A stretch of DNA of 64,000 nucleotides from an uncultured Sphingomonas sp. (GCA_966211615.1 CBIHNZ010000017.1:22954-86953), one strand, 5' to 3'. Shown: positions 19,548 to 29,712, numbered from the stretch's first letter. The notes: a model not told the origin generated them from the sequence alone. Numbers and translations are program-made.

Positions 19548-21052
19548 CGGGCGAGATAGCGGTCGCGAAGCTCGCGCTTGAGCACCTTGCCGATCGCGCT
19601 GCGCGGCAGCTCGTCGACCTTCTCGAGCGCGGAGAGGCGCTGCGTCTTGCCGACACGGGCATTGAACCAGGCGAGGATCTCGGGGGCGTCGCCCGGGCCG
19701 ACATAGAAGCCGACCGGCGTCTCGCCCCATTCCTCCGACGGCACGCCGATCACGCTGCAGTCACCGACCTGCGGATGCCCGGCGAGCACCGCCTCCAGGT
19801 CCGACGGATAGATGTTGAACCCGCCCGAGATGATCAGGTCCTTCTTGCGATCCATCAGGATCAGGAAGCCGTCCTCGTCGAACCGGCCGACATCGCCGTG
19901 GCGGATGAAGCGGTTGCCGTCGGCATCGTGCCAGGTGGCGGCGCCGGTCGCGTCCTTGCGGCCGTGATAGCCGGTCATCATCGCGGGTGAGCGGCCGACG
20001 ACTTCGCCCATCTCGCCGCGCGGGACCTCGCGGCCCTCGTCGTCGATCAGGCGGATGTCATGGCCTTCGACCGGCTGGCCGACGGTGTGGAGCTTGCCGG
20101 GAAACAGGTTGCAGACCAGCGCGCAGGTGCCGCCGCCCTCGGTCATGCCGTAATATTCGACGAGCAGTCCCGGCCAGCGCGCGAGCACGTCGGCCTTGAG
20201 CGCGGCGGAGAAGGGCGCGCTGGTGCAGGTCTTGAAGCGGAAGCTGGAAAGGTCGCGCGCGTCGAAATCGGGGAGCGCCATGATCCGCTGATACTGGACC
20301 GGCACGAGCATGGCGTGGGTGGCGCGATGCTTCTCGGCGAGGCGGACGAATTCGGCGGCGTCGAACTTCGGCATCAGCACCGCGGTGCCGCCCCAGGCGA
20401 GGGTCGGCAGGAAGCTGACCAAGGTGGTGTTCGAATAGAGCGGGGTCGCGACCATCGTGACGGCGTCGCCGAAGCCGGCGGGTGCGCGGTTGATATGCGC
20501 CCAGCGCATCGCATGGGGCTGGACGATGCCCTTGGGCGTGCCGGTCGTGCCCGAGGAATAGATGATGTTGAAGGCGTCGTCGGGGGTGCGGGCGACGGGG
20601 CGCGGCTTCGCGTCCTCCGGAGCCAGCCAATCGTCGAGGCGCTCGATGGCAACCTTCCGCGCGGCGATATCCAGGCCGGCATGCGCGGTGTCGTGGAACA
20701 GGATCGGCGCGCCGCTATCGGCGACCATTGCGGCGAGCTGCTCGGGCGTTGCCGACGGGGCGAGCGGCGCGGCGACGCAGCCGGCGCGGAGCGCGCCGAG
20801 GAACGCCAGCGCATATTCGATCGAGCTTGGCGCGAGGATCGCCACCGCCGCGCCCGCGGGAACGCCGTCGCGCTGGAGCGCCGTCGCGACACGGTCCATG
20901 CCGCGATCGAGCTGTGCGAAACTGAGTGCGTCGTCGCCGAAGATCAGCGCGGGCTTGTCGCCGCGTTCGCGGGCATGCGCGGCGATGAGACCGGGCAGCG
21001 CGGCAAAGTCGCTGGCCAGCATCGTCGCGGCGCTTGTCGGTATCTCCCCCAT
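19544..21052 (-). CDS. Class I adenylate-forming enzyme (acyl-CoA ligase)
   Basis: IIYSSGTTGTPKG, YYGMTEGG, HGDVGRFD, DRKKDLIISGGFNIYP, GKVLKR. Confidence 0.93.
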   Translation of the reverse strand: MGEIPTSAATMLASDFAALPGLIAAHARERGDKPALIFGDDALSFAQLDRGMDRVATALQRDGVPAGAAVAILAPSSIEYALAFLGALRAGCVAAPLAPSATPEQLAAMVADSGAPILFHDTAHAGLDIAARKVAIERLDDWLAPEDAKPRPVARTPDDAFNIIYSSGTTGTPKGIVQPHAMRWAHINRAPAGFGDAVTMVATPLYSNTTLVSFLPTLAWGGTAVLMPKFDAAEFVRLAEKHRATHAMLVPVQYQRIMALPDFDARDLSSFRFKTCTSAPFSAALKADVLARWPGLLVEYYGMTEGGGTCALVCNLFPGKLHTVGQPVEGHDIRLIDDEGREVPRGEMGEVVGRSPAMMTGYHGRKDATGAATWHDADGNRFIRHGDVGRFDEDGFLILMDRKKDLIISGGFNIYPSDLEAVLAGHPQVGDCSVIGVPSEEWGETPVGFYVGPGDAPEILAWFNARVGKTQRLSALEKVDELPRSAIGKVLKRELRDRYLAR

Positions 21053-21114
21053 GTCCGGAGAGCTAAGCGAGCGCCGCGACGAATGCCATACGCAAAATTC
21101 GAAAAATCCGGGGA

Positions 21115-21819
21115 TCAGGCCTTTTGGGTGCTCGCCGCGGTCTGACCGAACAGCACCGCGCGCTGCTCGTCGGTCATCGGCGTGGCATAGGAGCGGACCT
21201 CGCCACCCTTTTCATAGGCGCGGATCGTTGCGGGGCGCGCGGCTACGCGCTCGAACCAGCGCTTGAGGTTAGGGAAGTCGTTCAGATCCTGCTTGTGCGC
21301 CTCGTGCGGGACGATCCACGGATAGCAGGCCATGTCGGCGATCGAATAGTCGCCGGCGATGAACTCGCGGCCCTCGAGCCGACGGTCGAGCACGCCGTAC
21401 AGCCGGTTGGTCTCGTTGACGTAGCGGTTGATGGCGTAGTCGATCTTCTCGGGCGCGTAGACGTTGAAATGGCCGTTCTGGCCGGCCATCGGACCCAGCC
21501 CACCCATCTGCCACATCAGCCACTGGATCGTGTCGAAGCGTCCGCGCACGTCCGTGCTGAGGAACTTGCCGCTCTTCTCGGCGAGATAGAGCAGGATCGC
21601 ACCGCTCTCGAAGACGCTGATCGGGGCGCCGCCATCGGCGGGCGCACGATCGATGATCGCGGGCATGCGGTTGTTGGGCGAGAACTTCAGGAATTCAGGA
21701 TTGAACTGGTCGCCGGCGCCGATGTTCACCGGATGGATTTCGTAGTCGAGCCCGGATTCTTCGAGGAACAGCGTGATCTTGTGGCCGTTCGGGGTGGGCC
21801 AGTAATAGAGCTCGATCAT
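21115..21819 (-). CDS. Nu-class glutathione S-transferase (YfcG-like)
   Basis: MIELYYWPTPNGHKI, PNNRMPAI, FESGAIL, WLMWQMGGLGPM. Confidence 0.9.
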   Translation of the reverse strand: MIELYYWPTPNGHKITLFLEESGLDYEIHPVNIGAGDQFNPEFLKFSPNNRMPAIIDRAPADGGAPISVFESGAILLYLAEKSGKFLSTDVRGRFDTIQWLMWQMGGLGPMAGQNGHFNVYAPEKIDYAINRYVNETNRLYGVLDRRLEGREFIAGDYSIADMACYPWIVPHEAHKQDLNDFPNLKRWFERVAARPATIRAYEKGGEVRSYATPMTDEQRAVLFGQTAASTQKA

Positions 21820-21865
21820 TGGGGAGGATCTCCGGCTGAGGTTGCCGCCGGGAGATAGGTGTCCG

Positions 21866-23101
21866 CTATGGTTGCGCAACCGCCTCGGACGGTTCGGGCT
21901 GCGCATGCACCTTCGGCACCACGCGCAGCACGATGATGATCAGCGCCGAGAAGGCGAGCGCGGCTGCAAGCACGAAATTGCCGGCATGGAAGCCGCGCTC
22001 CGACCCCCAGGCCAGCGCCTGGGTGAGCGCCAAGGGGGCGGCGATCAGCGCGACGCTGTTGAGGCTCGACACGCCGCCCTGGAGCGCGCCCTGGCGGCTT
22101 TCGTCGACGAGACGCGAGAGCAGGGCGTTCATCGAGGGGAAGGCAAGCGCCTGGAAGGCGCTGAACGCGATGATCATATAGACCAGCCAGGTCTGGCGCG
22201 CGAAGATATAGGCGACGAAGCACAGCCCGCCGGCGAGCATGCCGAGCACGACGGTGCGTTCCTCGCCCAGGGCCTTGATCGCCGGGCCGGTGACCAGCAT
22301 CTGGACCGCCGCCATGCCGATGCCCGCAACGGCGAGCGACAGGCCGATCGTCTGTTCGTTCCAGCCCAGCGCGATCTCGCCGAAGAATGCCCAGGTGGCG
22401 GGATAGACCATGTGGCCGAATTGCCAGAGGAACATCGCGGCGAGCAGCCAGCCGGCATTGCCCGCCTGGAAGAGTGGCTTGAACGCCGCGAAGATGTGCG
22501 CATCCGCCCAGCGGAACGGACGCCGGTGCTCGGGCGCCATCGTCTCGGGCAGCATGAACAGGACCCATAGCGCGTTGAGCCCCGCCAGCACCGCGGCGGC
22601 GATGAACGGCGTGCGCGGCCCGAAACCCGCGAGCAGCCCGCCCAGCGCAGGCCCGAGGATGAAGCCGATGCCGAATGCTGCTCCCATCAGCCCGAAGGTC
22701 GCGCCGCGCTTCTCGGGTGGGGTCACGTCGGCGAGGATCGCGTTGGCAGGGCCATAGGTGGCGCCGGCGATCCCCGCGATCACGCGGCCGACGAACAGCC
22801 AGCCGATTGTCGGCGCCGCCGCCATCAGCCCATAGTCGATCGAAAAGGCGATCATCGAGAAGAGCAGCACCGGCCGCCGCCCGATCGCGTCGCCCAGCGT
22901 GCCCAGCACCGGCCCGGCGAAGAATTGTGCCACCGCGAAGGCGACGAGCATCAGTCCGCCGATCCGCGTCGCGTCCTCGAGCCCGACATGGGCGAGATCG
23001 ACGATCAGCCGGGGGAGCACGGGGAGGACGACGCCGAAGCCGATCGAATCGATGAGCACGGCGGCGAGCACGATCGGAACCGCGCGATGATGGAACTGCA
23101 T
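21866..23101 (-). CDS. TCR/Tet-type MFS drug:H+ antiporter
   Basis: Motif A GTLGDAIGRRPVLL, motif C GFILGPALGG, about 12 hydrophobic segments. Confidence 0.88.
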   Translation of the reverse strand: MQFHHRAVPIVLAAVLIDSIGFGVVLPVLPRLIVDLAHVGLEDATRIGGLMLVAFAVAQFFAGPVLGTLGDAIGRRPVLLFSMIAFSIDYGLMAAAPTIGWLFVGRVIAGIAGATYGPANAILADVTPPEKRGATFGLMGAAFGIGFILGPALGGLLAGFGPRTPFIAAAVLAGLNALWVLFMLPETMAPEHRRPFRWADAHIFAAFKPLFQAGNAGWLLAAMFLWQFGHMVYPATWAFFGEIALGWNEQTIGLSLAVAGIGMAAVQMLVTGPAIKALGEERTVVLGMLAGGLCFVAYIFARQTWLVYMIIAFSAFQALAFPSMNALLSRLVDESRQGALQGGVSSLNSVALIAAPLALTQALAWGSERGFHAGNFVLAAALAFSALIIIVLRVVPKVHAQPEPSEAVAQP

Positions 23102-23224
23102 GCTTTTCCCCCTCATCCCGAATCTATCAGAGCGAAGCAGCCCGGAAAGTCACAAAGTGCCGCCGCAGTCTCGTTCGCGCACGAGTCTCGAGCAGGATGC
23201 AACTTGCCGGGCATGGTTGGATGC

Positions 23225-23239
23225 GAACATAAAGAGAAC
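23225..23239. promoter_or_regulatory. Alphaproteobacterial LexA (SOS) box
   Basis: GAAC-ATAAAGA-GAAC is an exact GAAC-N7-GAAC match with an A-rich spacer. Confidence 0.7.
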
Positions 23240-23287
23240 ATATCACGCTTCGCGGGTGCAGGACACCCGGAAAAGCGTGACCTTCGC

Positions 23288-23761
23288 TCAGCTGACTTCC
23301 CAGATATAGGCGACCAGATTGTCGCAGGTCTGGCTCGTGCCCTTGGCGACTCCGCGGCGGATATAATCCTCCAGCTGCTCGGCGGAGTTGCAGACGATCT
23401 CCACCGTCATGCGCGTGCCGCGCGCGGTCTCGGCGAGAAGGACGCGGCCGGTGGCATCCATCGCCGTGAACACCAGCCGTTCGGGCGGCGAGACCTCGAG
23501 ATAGGTGCCGGTGAAGGCCATGTGCGCGTGGCTGGGCGCGAGGAAGCGGAAGGTGCCGCCGGGACGCACGTCCATCTCGCACTCGATCAGCCGCTCGCCG
23601 CCGGCATCCCACCAGCAGGAGATCTCCTCGGGCCTGGTCCAGGCGTCGAACACCAGCTCGCGCGGCGCGGCGAAGTCGCGGAAGAAGCGGAGCGTATGCG
23701 CCGCGCGGTCGATCTCGAAATCGGGGACGTCGGCGGTCTCGGCGGTGGCGGGCATGGTCAT
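23288..23761 (-). CDS. SRPBCC/AHSA1-like domain protein
   Basis: RDFAAPRELVFDAWT, MDVRPGGTFRF, YLEVSPPERLVFT; coupled to the ArsR gene. Confidence 0.88.
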   Translation of the reverse strand: MTMPATAETADVPDFEIDRAAHTLRFFRDFAAPRELVFDAWTRPEEISCWWDAGGERLIECEMDVRPGGTFRFLAPSHAHMAFTGTYLEVSPPERLVFTAMDATGRVLLAETARGTRMTVEIVCNSAEQLEDYIRRGVAKGTSQTCDNLVAYIWEVS

Positions 23762-24093
23762 TTCTCCTTCTGCATCCTGGCGGCGAGGTGGCGGTCGAGA
23801 TTGTCGAAGCGGCGCTCCCAGAGGGTCCGGAAGGGCTCGATCCAGTCGGCGATGTCCTTCATCGTTTCGGCTTTCAGTCGGCGGGGGCGGCGCTGCGCGT
23901 CGCGATCGGCTTCGATCAGCCCGGCGCTCTCGAGCACCTTGAGGTGTTTCGAGATGGTCGGCTGGCTGAGCGCGAAGGGCCGCGCCAGCTCGGAGACGGT
24001 CGCCTCGCCGAGCGAGAGGCGGGCGAGGATCGCGCGGCGGGTGGGGTCGCTCAGTGCGGCGAACGTCGCGTCGAGATGTGATTCGATAGCCAT
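23758..24093 (-). CDS. ArsR/SmtB-family transcriptional regulator
   Basis: FAALSDPTRRAIL, LSQPTISKHLKVLESAGLI. Confidence 0.93.
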   Translation of the reverse strand: MAIESHLDATFAALSDPTRRAILARLSLGEATVSELARPFALSQPTISKHLKVLESAGLIEADRDAQRRPRRLKAETMKDIADWIEPFRTLWERRFDNLDRHLAARMQKEK

Positions 24094-24099
24094 ATAGCT

Positions 24100-24119
24100 A
24101 TATAGTCAAATGGCTATAT
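24100..24119. promoter_or_regulatory. Probable ArsR autoregulatory operator
   Basis: Near-perfect palindrome ATATAGTCAAATGGCTATAT 7 bp upstream of the ArsR start codon. Confidence 0.7.
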
Positions 24120-24208
24120 TAGAGTCAAATCGCTTCTCCAGGCCACTGCTCTTGACGGCGCTTCGTCCATACCGCAGGTTCGAAACACGATAGAAAGTCC
24201 GGGAGAGT

Positions 24209-25432
24209 GTGATGGCTACGGCCCCCGAAATCGATGTATCGGCGAATGCGCTGGACGCGTTCCGCGCTGCGGCCCGCGCATGGCTCGCCGCGAATTTCCC
24301 GCCGAGCCTGAAGGGCAAGGACAATGCGATGTCGGCGGTGGAAGGGCCGCACGAGAATTCCCCCGAGGAGGATGCCTGGCAGAAGGCGATGGGCGAGAAG
24401 GGCTGGGGCGTGCCGACCTGGCCCGCCGAATATGGCGGCGGCGGCCTTTCCCGCGCCGAGGCGCGCGTGCTGCAGGAGGAGATGGCGCGGATCGGCGCCT
24501 GGAACCCGATCGGCGGCATGGGCGTGATGATGTTCGGGCCGACCCTGCTCGAATATGGCAGCGAGGCGCAGAAGCGCGAGCATATCCCGGCGATCGCCAA
24601 GGGGACGGTGCGCTGGTGCCAGGGCTATTCGGAGCCCGGCGCGGGATCGGACCTGGCGAGCCTGCAGACCTTCGCGGAAGACAAGGGCGATCATTATGTC
24701 GTCAACGGCCAGAAGACCTGGACCAGCGGCGGCCAATGGGCCGACAAATGTTTCATGCTCGTCCGCACGGACAAGTCGAAGAAGCATGAGGGCATCACCT
24801 TCCTGCTCTGCGACATGGACAGCCCGGGCGTCGAGGTGAAGCCGATCCGTCTGATCTCGGGCTCCTCGCCCTTTTGCGAGACCTTCTTCACCGACGTGAA
24901 AGTGCCCAAGGCCAACCGCGTCGGCGAGGAGGGGCAGGGCTGGACGATCGGCAAGCGCCTGCTCCAGCACGAGCGCAACAGCCTGTCGGGCGGCGGATCG
25001 ACGGCGGGGCGGATGTTCGCCGGGCCGCCGCTGGGCCAGATCGCCAAGAAATATGTCGGCACCGACGAGCAGGGCCGGATCGCCGACGCCGATCTGCGCG
25101 CGCGGATCGTGCGGCACGAGATGGACCTGCGCGCCTTCATGCTGACGCTGCGCCGCGCGGCGATGGAGGCCAAGTCCAATCAGGGGCCTTCGGCGACGAC
25201 CTCGATCATGAAGAATGTCGGTGCGCGGATCATGCAGGAGCGCTCCGAGCTGCTGATCGAGATCCGCGGGCTCGCCGGCCTGGGCTGGGAAGGCGAGGGG
25301 TTCAGCGAAGAGGAGCTGCGCGACGTGCGGTCCTGGCTCTTCGGCAAGGCGGTGTCGATCTATGGCGGATCGACCGAGATCCAGAACAACGTGATCGCCA
25401 AGCGCATCCTCGGGATGCTGGATCATCAGTGA
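24209..25432 (+). CDS. Acyl-CoA dehydrogenase, PimC/FadE26-like large subunit
   Basis: WCQGYSEPGAGSDLASL, VVNGQKTWTS, IYGGSTEIQNNVIAKRIL. Confidence 0.93.
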   Translation: MMATAPEIDVSANALDAFRAAARAWLAANFPPSLKGKDNAMSAVEGPHENSPEEDAWQKAMGEKGWGVPTWPAEYGGGGLSRAEARVLQEEMARIGAWNPIGGMGVMMFGPTLLEYGSEAQKREHIPAIAKGTVRWCQGYSEPGAGSDLASLQTFAEDKGDHYVVNGQKTWTSGGQWADKCFMLVRTDKSKKHEGITFLLCDMDSPGVEVKPIRLISGSSPFCETFFTDVKVPKANRVGEEGQGWTIGKRLLQHERNSLSGGGSTAGRMFAGPPLGQIAKKYVGTDEQGRIADADLRARIVRHEMDLRAFMLTLRRAAMEAKSNQGPSATTSIMKNVGARIMQERSELLIEIRGLAGLGWEGEGFSEEELRDVRSWLFGKAVSIYGGSTEIQNNVIAKRILGMLDHQ

Positions 25433-25437
25433 CTGCT

Positions 25438-25554
25438 CTCTCTCTCCCGCTTGCAGGAGAGGGCTGGGGTGAGGGTGAATCCTGGCCCCACACGCTCCGC
25501 TGAAGTTTGTACGACGCACCCTCACCCCGACCCTCTCCCGCGGGCGGGAGAGGG
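25438..25554. repeat. CCCTC-type palindromic intergenic repeat (CIR/REP-like), copy 1
   Basis: CTCTCCCGC..GGAGAGGG.GGGGTGAGGGT / ACCCTCACCCC.ACCCTCTCCCGC..GGGAGAGGG inverted arms; GANTC at 25477. Confidence 0.85.
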
Positions 25555-25569
25555 GGAAGGAAGAAGAAG

Positions 25570-26637
25570 ATGGCGATCCTGACCGAAGAACAGACGATAC
25601 TGCGCGACATGGCGCGCGAATGGGCGGACAATGAAGCGCCCGTCACCGCCTTTCGCAGGATGCGCGATGCCGCGCCCGCCGCCTTCTACGACACCGATGC
25701 GTGGCGCGCCCAGGCGGAGATGGGCTGGGCGGGCATATTGGTGCCTGAGGCGCAGGGCGGCGTGGGGATGGGCTATCTCTCGCTCGGCCTGGTGCTCGAG
25801 CAGCTCGGCCGCACCCTGACCGCCACGCCGCTGGCGGCGACGGCGGCGGCGACCAGCGCGATCCTGCTCGGCGGATCGGAGAAGCTACAGGCCGAATGGT
25901 TGCCGCGCATCGCCACGGGCGAAGTCGTCGCGACGCTGGCGATCGACGAGGGGCCGCGCTTCGCGCCCGATCGCATCGCGACCGAGGCCAGCGGCGGCCG
26001 CATCACCGGCACCAAGGAATTCGTCGCCGAGGGCAACAGCGCGCAGCTCTTCGTCGTGGCGGCGAAGGACGGTCTGTATCTGGTCTCGGGCGAGGAAGGC
26101 GTGACGCGATCCCCGCGCCGGCTGACCGATTCCCGCAGCCATGCGCAGGTGCGGTTCGACAATGCGCCGGCCGGGAAACTGGAGGGCCGCGCCGACCTGC
26201 TGGCTGCGGTGACCGATCGTGCGGCGGCCGCAGCGTGCGCCGAGATGCTGGGCATGGCCGAGGCGGCGTTCGCGCAGACCAACGACTATCTGAAGACGCG
26301 CGTCCAGTTCGGCCAGCTGCTCGCCTCGTTCCAGGCGCTGCAGCATCGCATGGCCCGGATGTTCACCGAGCTCGAACTGATGCGCTCGGTGGTCGAGGGT
26401 GCGTTCGAGGCGATCGATGCCGATCGCGACGTCAGCCAGGCGGTGAGTCTGGCCAAGGCCGTCGCCGGGGAGACGTTGCAGCTGGTCAGCCGCGAGATGG
26501 TCCAGCTTCACGGCGGCATCGGCATGACCGACGAGCATGATGCCGGCTTCTATCTCAAGCGCGCCAGGGTACTCGAGGCGATGTGGGGCAATGCGGCCTG
26601 GCATCGCGAGCGCTTCGCGCGGCTGAACGGCTACTGA
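25570..26637 (+). CDS. Acyl-CoA dehydrogenase, PimD/FadE27-like small subunit
   Basis: MAILTEEQ, RVQFGQLLASFQALQHR, QLHGGIGMTDEH. Confidence 0.92.
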   Translation: MAILTEEQTILRDMAREWADNEAPVTAFRRMRDAAPAAFYDTDAWRAQAEMGWAGILVPEAQGGVGMGYLSLGLVLEQLGRTLTATPLAATAAATSAILLGGSEKLQAEWLPRIATGEVVATLAIDEGPRFAPDRIATEASGGRITGTKEFVAEGNSAQLFVVAAKDGLYLVSGEEGVTRSPRRLTDSRSHAQVRFDNAPAGKLEGRADLLAAVTDRAAAAACAEMLGMAEAAFAQTNDYLKTRVQFGQLLASFQALQHRMARMFTELELMRSVVEGAFEAIDADRDVSQAVSLAKAVAGETLQLVSREMVQLHGGIGMTDEHDAGFYLKRARVLEAMWGNAAWHRERFARLNGY

Positions 26638-26853
26638 TTCACGCGTCCGAGGGCCCCTGAGGCCCCGCCAACTTCGAGATTCGAAGATCGGTTCCGCGCG
26701 TCCGCGTCGCGGTGAAGGCTATGGTATTTGCGCAACACCCTCAGGCCAGTCCCGCTTTGCAACTCTTGTTCTGCTTGACGGCCCTCGGTGAAAAAGCTGT
26801 ATTCGAGGATAGGGTATGGAGCCCTCGAGTGTTCCGGCCTTATGGGGAGATAG

Positions 26854-29712
26854 ATGATGATGCGGTTACGCCTTATGTCGGCCTGCGCGGTGCCGGCGAT
26901 GATCGTGGCGCTCGCAGCGCCCGCCTATGCGCAGGACAGCCAGACGCAAACGCAGACCAGCGACGATCAGAACGTGGTCACCGACCCCAACGACATCGTC
27001 GTCACCGCGCAGGGGCGCGCGCAGGCGCTGGCCGATGTGCCGCTCGCGGTTTCGGCAGTGAATGCCGAGACGCTGGAGCGCACCGGCGCGACCGACATCC
27101 GCCAGCTCAACCAGGTGGCGCCGTCGCTGCTCGTCTCGTCGACCGGCAGCGAGGCGAACGGATCGGCGCGCATCCGCGGCATCGGCACCGTGGGCGACAA
27201 TCCCGGTCTCGAGAGCTCGGTCGCGGTGTTCATCGACGGCGTATACCGCTCGCGCTCGGGCATCGGCCTCAACGAGCTCGGCGAGATCGAGCGGATCGAG
27301 GTGCTGCGCGGGCCGCAGGGCACGCTGTTCGGCCGGAACGCCTCCGCTGGCCTGATCTCGATCATCAGCAAGGCGCCGTCGCCCACCTTCGGCGCCAATG
27401 GCGAGATCACCTATGGCAATTATGACTATTGGCGCCTGGCAGGGGGTGTGACCGGGCCGCTCACGGATACGCTGTCGGCGCGTCTCGACGGCGTCTATGT
27501 GAAGCGCGACGGCTTTTACGACGATCCCGCGAACAAGACCGACGTCAACAATCGCGACCGCTATTTCATACGCGGGCAGTTGCTGTTCGAGCCGAGCAGC
27601 GATCTGAGCGTCCGGCTGATCGCCGACTATAGCAAGCGCAAGGAGCGTTGCTGCGGGGCGGTCTATGTCGATCGCAGCGTCAACCCCTTTATCGGCAATC
27701 TCAACAACCCCGCCGTCCCGATCACCACGGGATCGCTGCCGCCGGGCACCGGTAACAACATCATCAACGTGCTGCGCGATCTCGGCCAGAATTTGAACGC
27801 GTTCAATTCGGGCTATGCACGCACGCTGTCGGTCACGCCGGGCCGCTCCTATGCGGGCGAGACGGACGACAAGGGCATTTCGGGCCAGATCGACTATGAT
27901 TTCGGCGGCGCGAAGCTGACCTCTATCACCGCCTATCGCGAATATAACAGCGATCAGGGCGGCGACATCGACTACAGCTCGGTCGACATCCTCTACCGCG
28001 CGCCCGACGGCAATTCGAGCCGCGGGTTCAAGACGTTCAGCCAGGAGCTGCGGCTGCAGGGAACGGCGTTCGGCGACAAGCTCGACTGGCTGGTCGGCGG
28101 CTATTTCGCCAACGAAGACCTGCGCGTGACCGACAATCTGAAGTTCGGCAACCAATATGGCCGATATGCATCGTGCCGGCTGGTGACCGGCGGCGGACTG
28201 GCGGCGCTTTACTCGCCGACTTCGGCGGGCTGTCTCGCTGCCCGGCCCGCGGCGTTCGGCGCCGCATCGCCGCTGATCTATGGCGCGATCGACCGGCTCG
28301 ATTCGCTCAACAATCTGGGTTCCACGCTCGACGTCTACAACCAGAACAGCCGCAACTATGCGCTGTTCACGCACAACATCTTCCATGTCACCTCGAAAAT
28401 CGACGTGACGGTGGGCCTGCGCTACACTTGGGAAAAGAAGAAGTTCGACGCGACGTTCGGCAACAACAACAGCGTCTGCACGGCGAACCAGGCTGCGATC
28501 GGCAGCTTCATCAATCCCAACAGCCCGGCATTCAGTTCCGCCCTTTTCGGGGTGGTCAACTCGATCCTGGGGCTCTCCTGCCAGGGCAATTCGACCGCCG
28601 AGCTGAATGGCGTGTCGATCCATGACAGCCGGAGCGAAGGCGAGTTCACGGGCACCGGCGTCCTTTCCTGGAAGCCGATCGACGATTTGCTGCTCTATGC
28701 GAGCTATTCACGCGGCTACAAGGCGGGCGGCTTCAATCTCGACCGCTCGGCACTGAAGATCCCGACCGCGACCTTTGCGAGCATGGGCGGCGCGCAGGCG
28801 CTGGTCGGCAACCTGCAATTCGATCCCGAGACGGTGAACGCCTATGAGATCGGCGCGAAATACTCGACCGGTCCGTTCTCGCTCACCGTCACGGGGTTCC
28901 GACAGGAATTCAAGAATTTCCAGCTGAACACCTTCGACGGAACGGTGTTCATCGTCCAGAACATCAATGGCTGCTCGACCAACCTGAACGGCGCGGACCG
29001 CGACCAGAGCGTACGCGTCGGCGCCTCCAATTTCGTCAATCCGACGATCGTCGCGGGTACCGGGTTCAACCTCAATCCGGCGGCGAGCACGGGCGCCTGC
29101 GCGTCGGGCGACGTCACTTATGGCGTGCGCTCGCAGGGTGTCGAAATCGAGGCTTCGCTGAATCCCACGCGCGACATTCAGATCAATCTCGGCCTGACCT
29201 ATGCCGACACGCGCTATCGCAACAATCTCGTCGGCAACGACAGCGGCGCACCGCTCAATCCTTCGCTGCGCAAGCTGCCCGGGGACAATCTGTCGAACGC
29301 CCCTGAACTCACCGCGACCGCATCTTTTGGCTGGACGCCCGAGATCGGCGGGGGGCTTTCGGGTCTGTTCTATGTCGATACGCGCCTGACCGACGACTAT
29401 AACAGCGGCTCCGACCTCTTCCCGCAAAAGGAACAGGATTCCTACGCGATCGTGAATGGCCGGATCGGCATCCGCGGACCCGACCAGCGCTGGGCCATCG
29501 AGCTGTGGGCGCAGAACCTGCTGCAAAAGGATTATGCGCAGGTGGCGTTCAATTCCCCCTTCCAGGAGGGTGGAACCGGCGTGCCGCCTTTCGCCGCAGG
29601 GCTCAATCCCGCTCCGTTCGTCGATCCGCAATATCCCGGCGGGCGGCAGATATTCTCGCAGTTCCTCGCCGAGCCGCGGACCTACGGTCTCACGTTGCGC
29701 GGACGCTTCTGA
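26854..29712 (+). CDS. TonB-dependent receptor
   Basis: Signal peptide, TonB box DIVVTAQ, plug motif IERIEVLRGPQGTLFGRNASAG, C-terminal PRTYGLTLRGRF. Confidence 0.96.
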   Translation: MMMRLRLMSACAVPAMIVALAAPAYAQDSQTQTQTSDDQNVVTDPNDIVVTAQGRAQALADVPLAVSAVNAETLERTGATDIRQLNQVAPSLLVSSTGSEANGSARIRGIGTVGDNPGLESSVAVFIDGVYRSRSGIGLNELGEIERIEVLRGPQGTLFGRNASAGLISIISKAPSPTFGANGEITYGNYDYWRLAGGVTGPLTDTLSARLDGVYVKRDGFYDDPANKTDVNNRDRYFIRGQLLFEPSSDLSVRLIADYSKRKERCCGAVYVDRSVNPFIGNLNNPAVPITTGSLPPGTGNNIINVLRDLGQNLNAFNSGYARTLSVTPGRSYAGETDDKGISGQIDYDFGGAKLTSITAYREYNSDQGGDIDYSSVDILYRAPDGNSSRGFKTFSQELRLQGTAFGDKLDWLVGGYFANEDLRVTDNLKFGNQYGRYASCRLVTGGGLAALYSPTSAGCLAARPAAFGAASPLIYGAIDRLDSLNNLGSTLDVYNQNSRNYALFTHNIFHVTSKIDVTVGLRYTWEKKKFDATFGNNNSVCTANQAAIGSFINPNSPAFSSALFGVVNSILGLSCQGNSTAELNGVSIHDSRSEGEFTGTGVLSWKPIDDLLLYASYSRGYKAGGFNLDRSALKIPTATFASMGGAQALVGNLQFDPETVNAYEIGAKYSTGPFSLTVTGFRQEFKNFQLNTFDGTVFIVQNINGCSTNLNGADRDQSVRVGASNFVNPTIVAGTGFNLNPAASTGACASGDVTYGVRSQGVEIEASLNPTRDIQINLGLTYADTRYRNNLVGNDSGAPLNPSLRKLPGDNLSNAPELTATASFGWTPEIGGGLSGLFYVDTRLTDDYNSGSDLFPQKEQDSYAIVNGRIGIRGPDQRWAIELWAQNLLQKDYAQVAFNSPFQEGGTGVPPFAAGLNPAPFVDPQYPGGRQIFSQFLAEPRTYGLTLRGRF

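Noticed and set aside
21866-23101. Acquired tetracycline resistance determinant
   Set aside because: Host-like codon usage, no tetR and no mobile context; a generic chromosomal TCR-family MFS.
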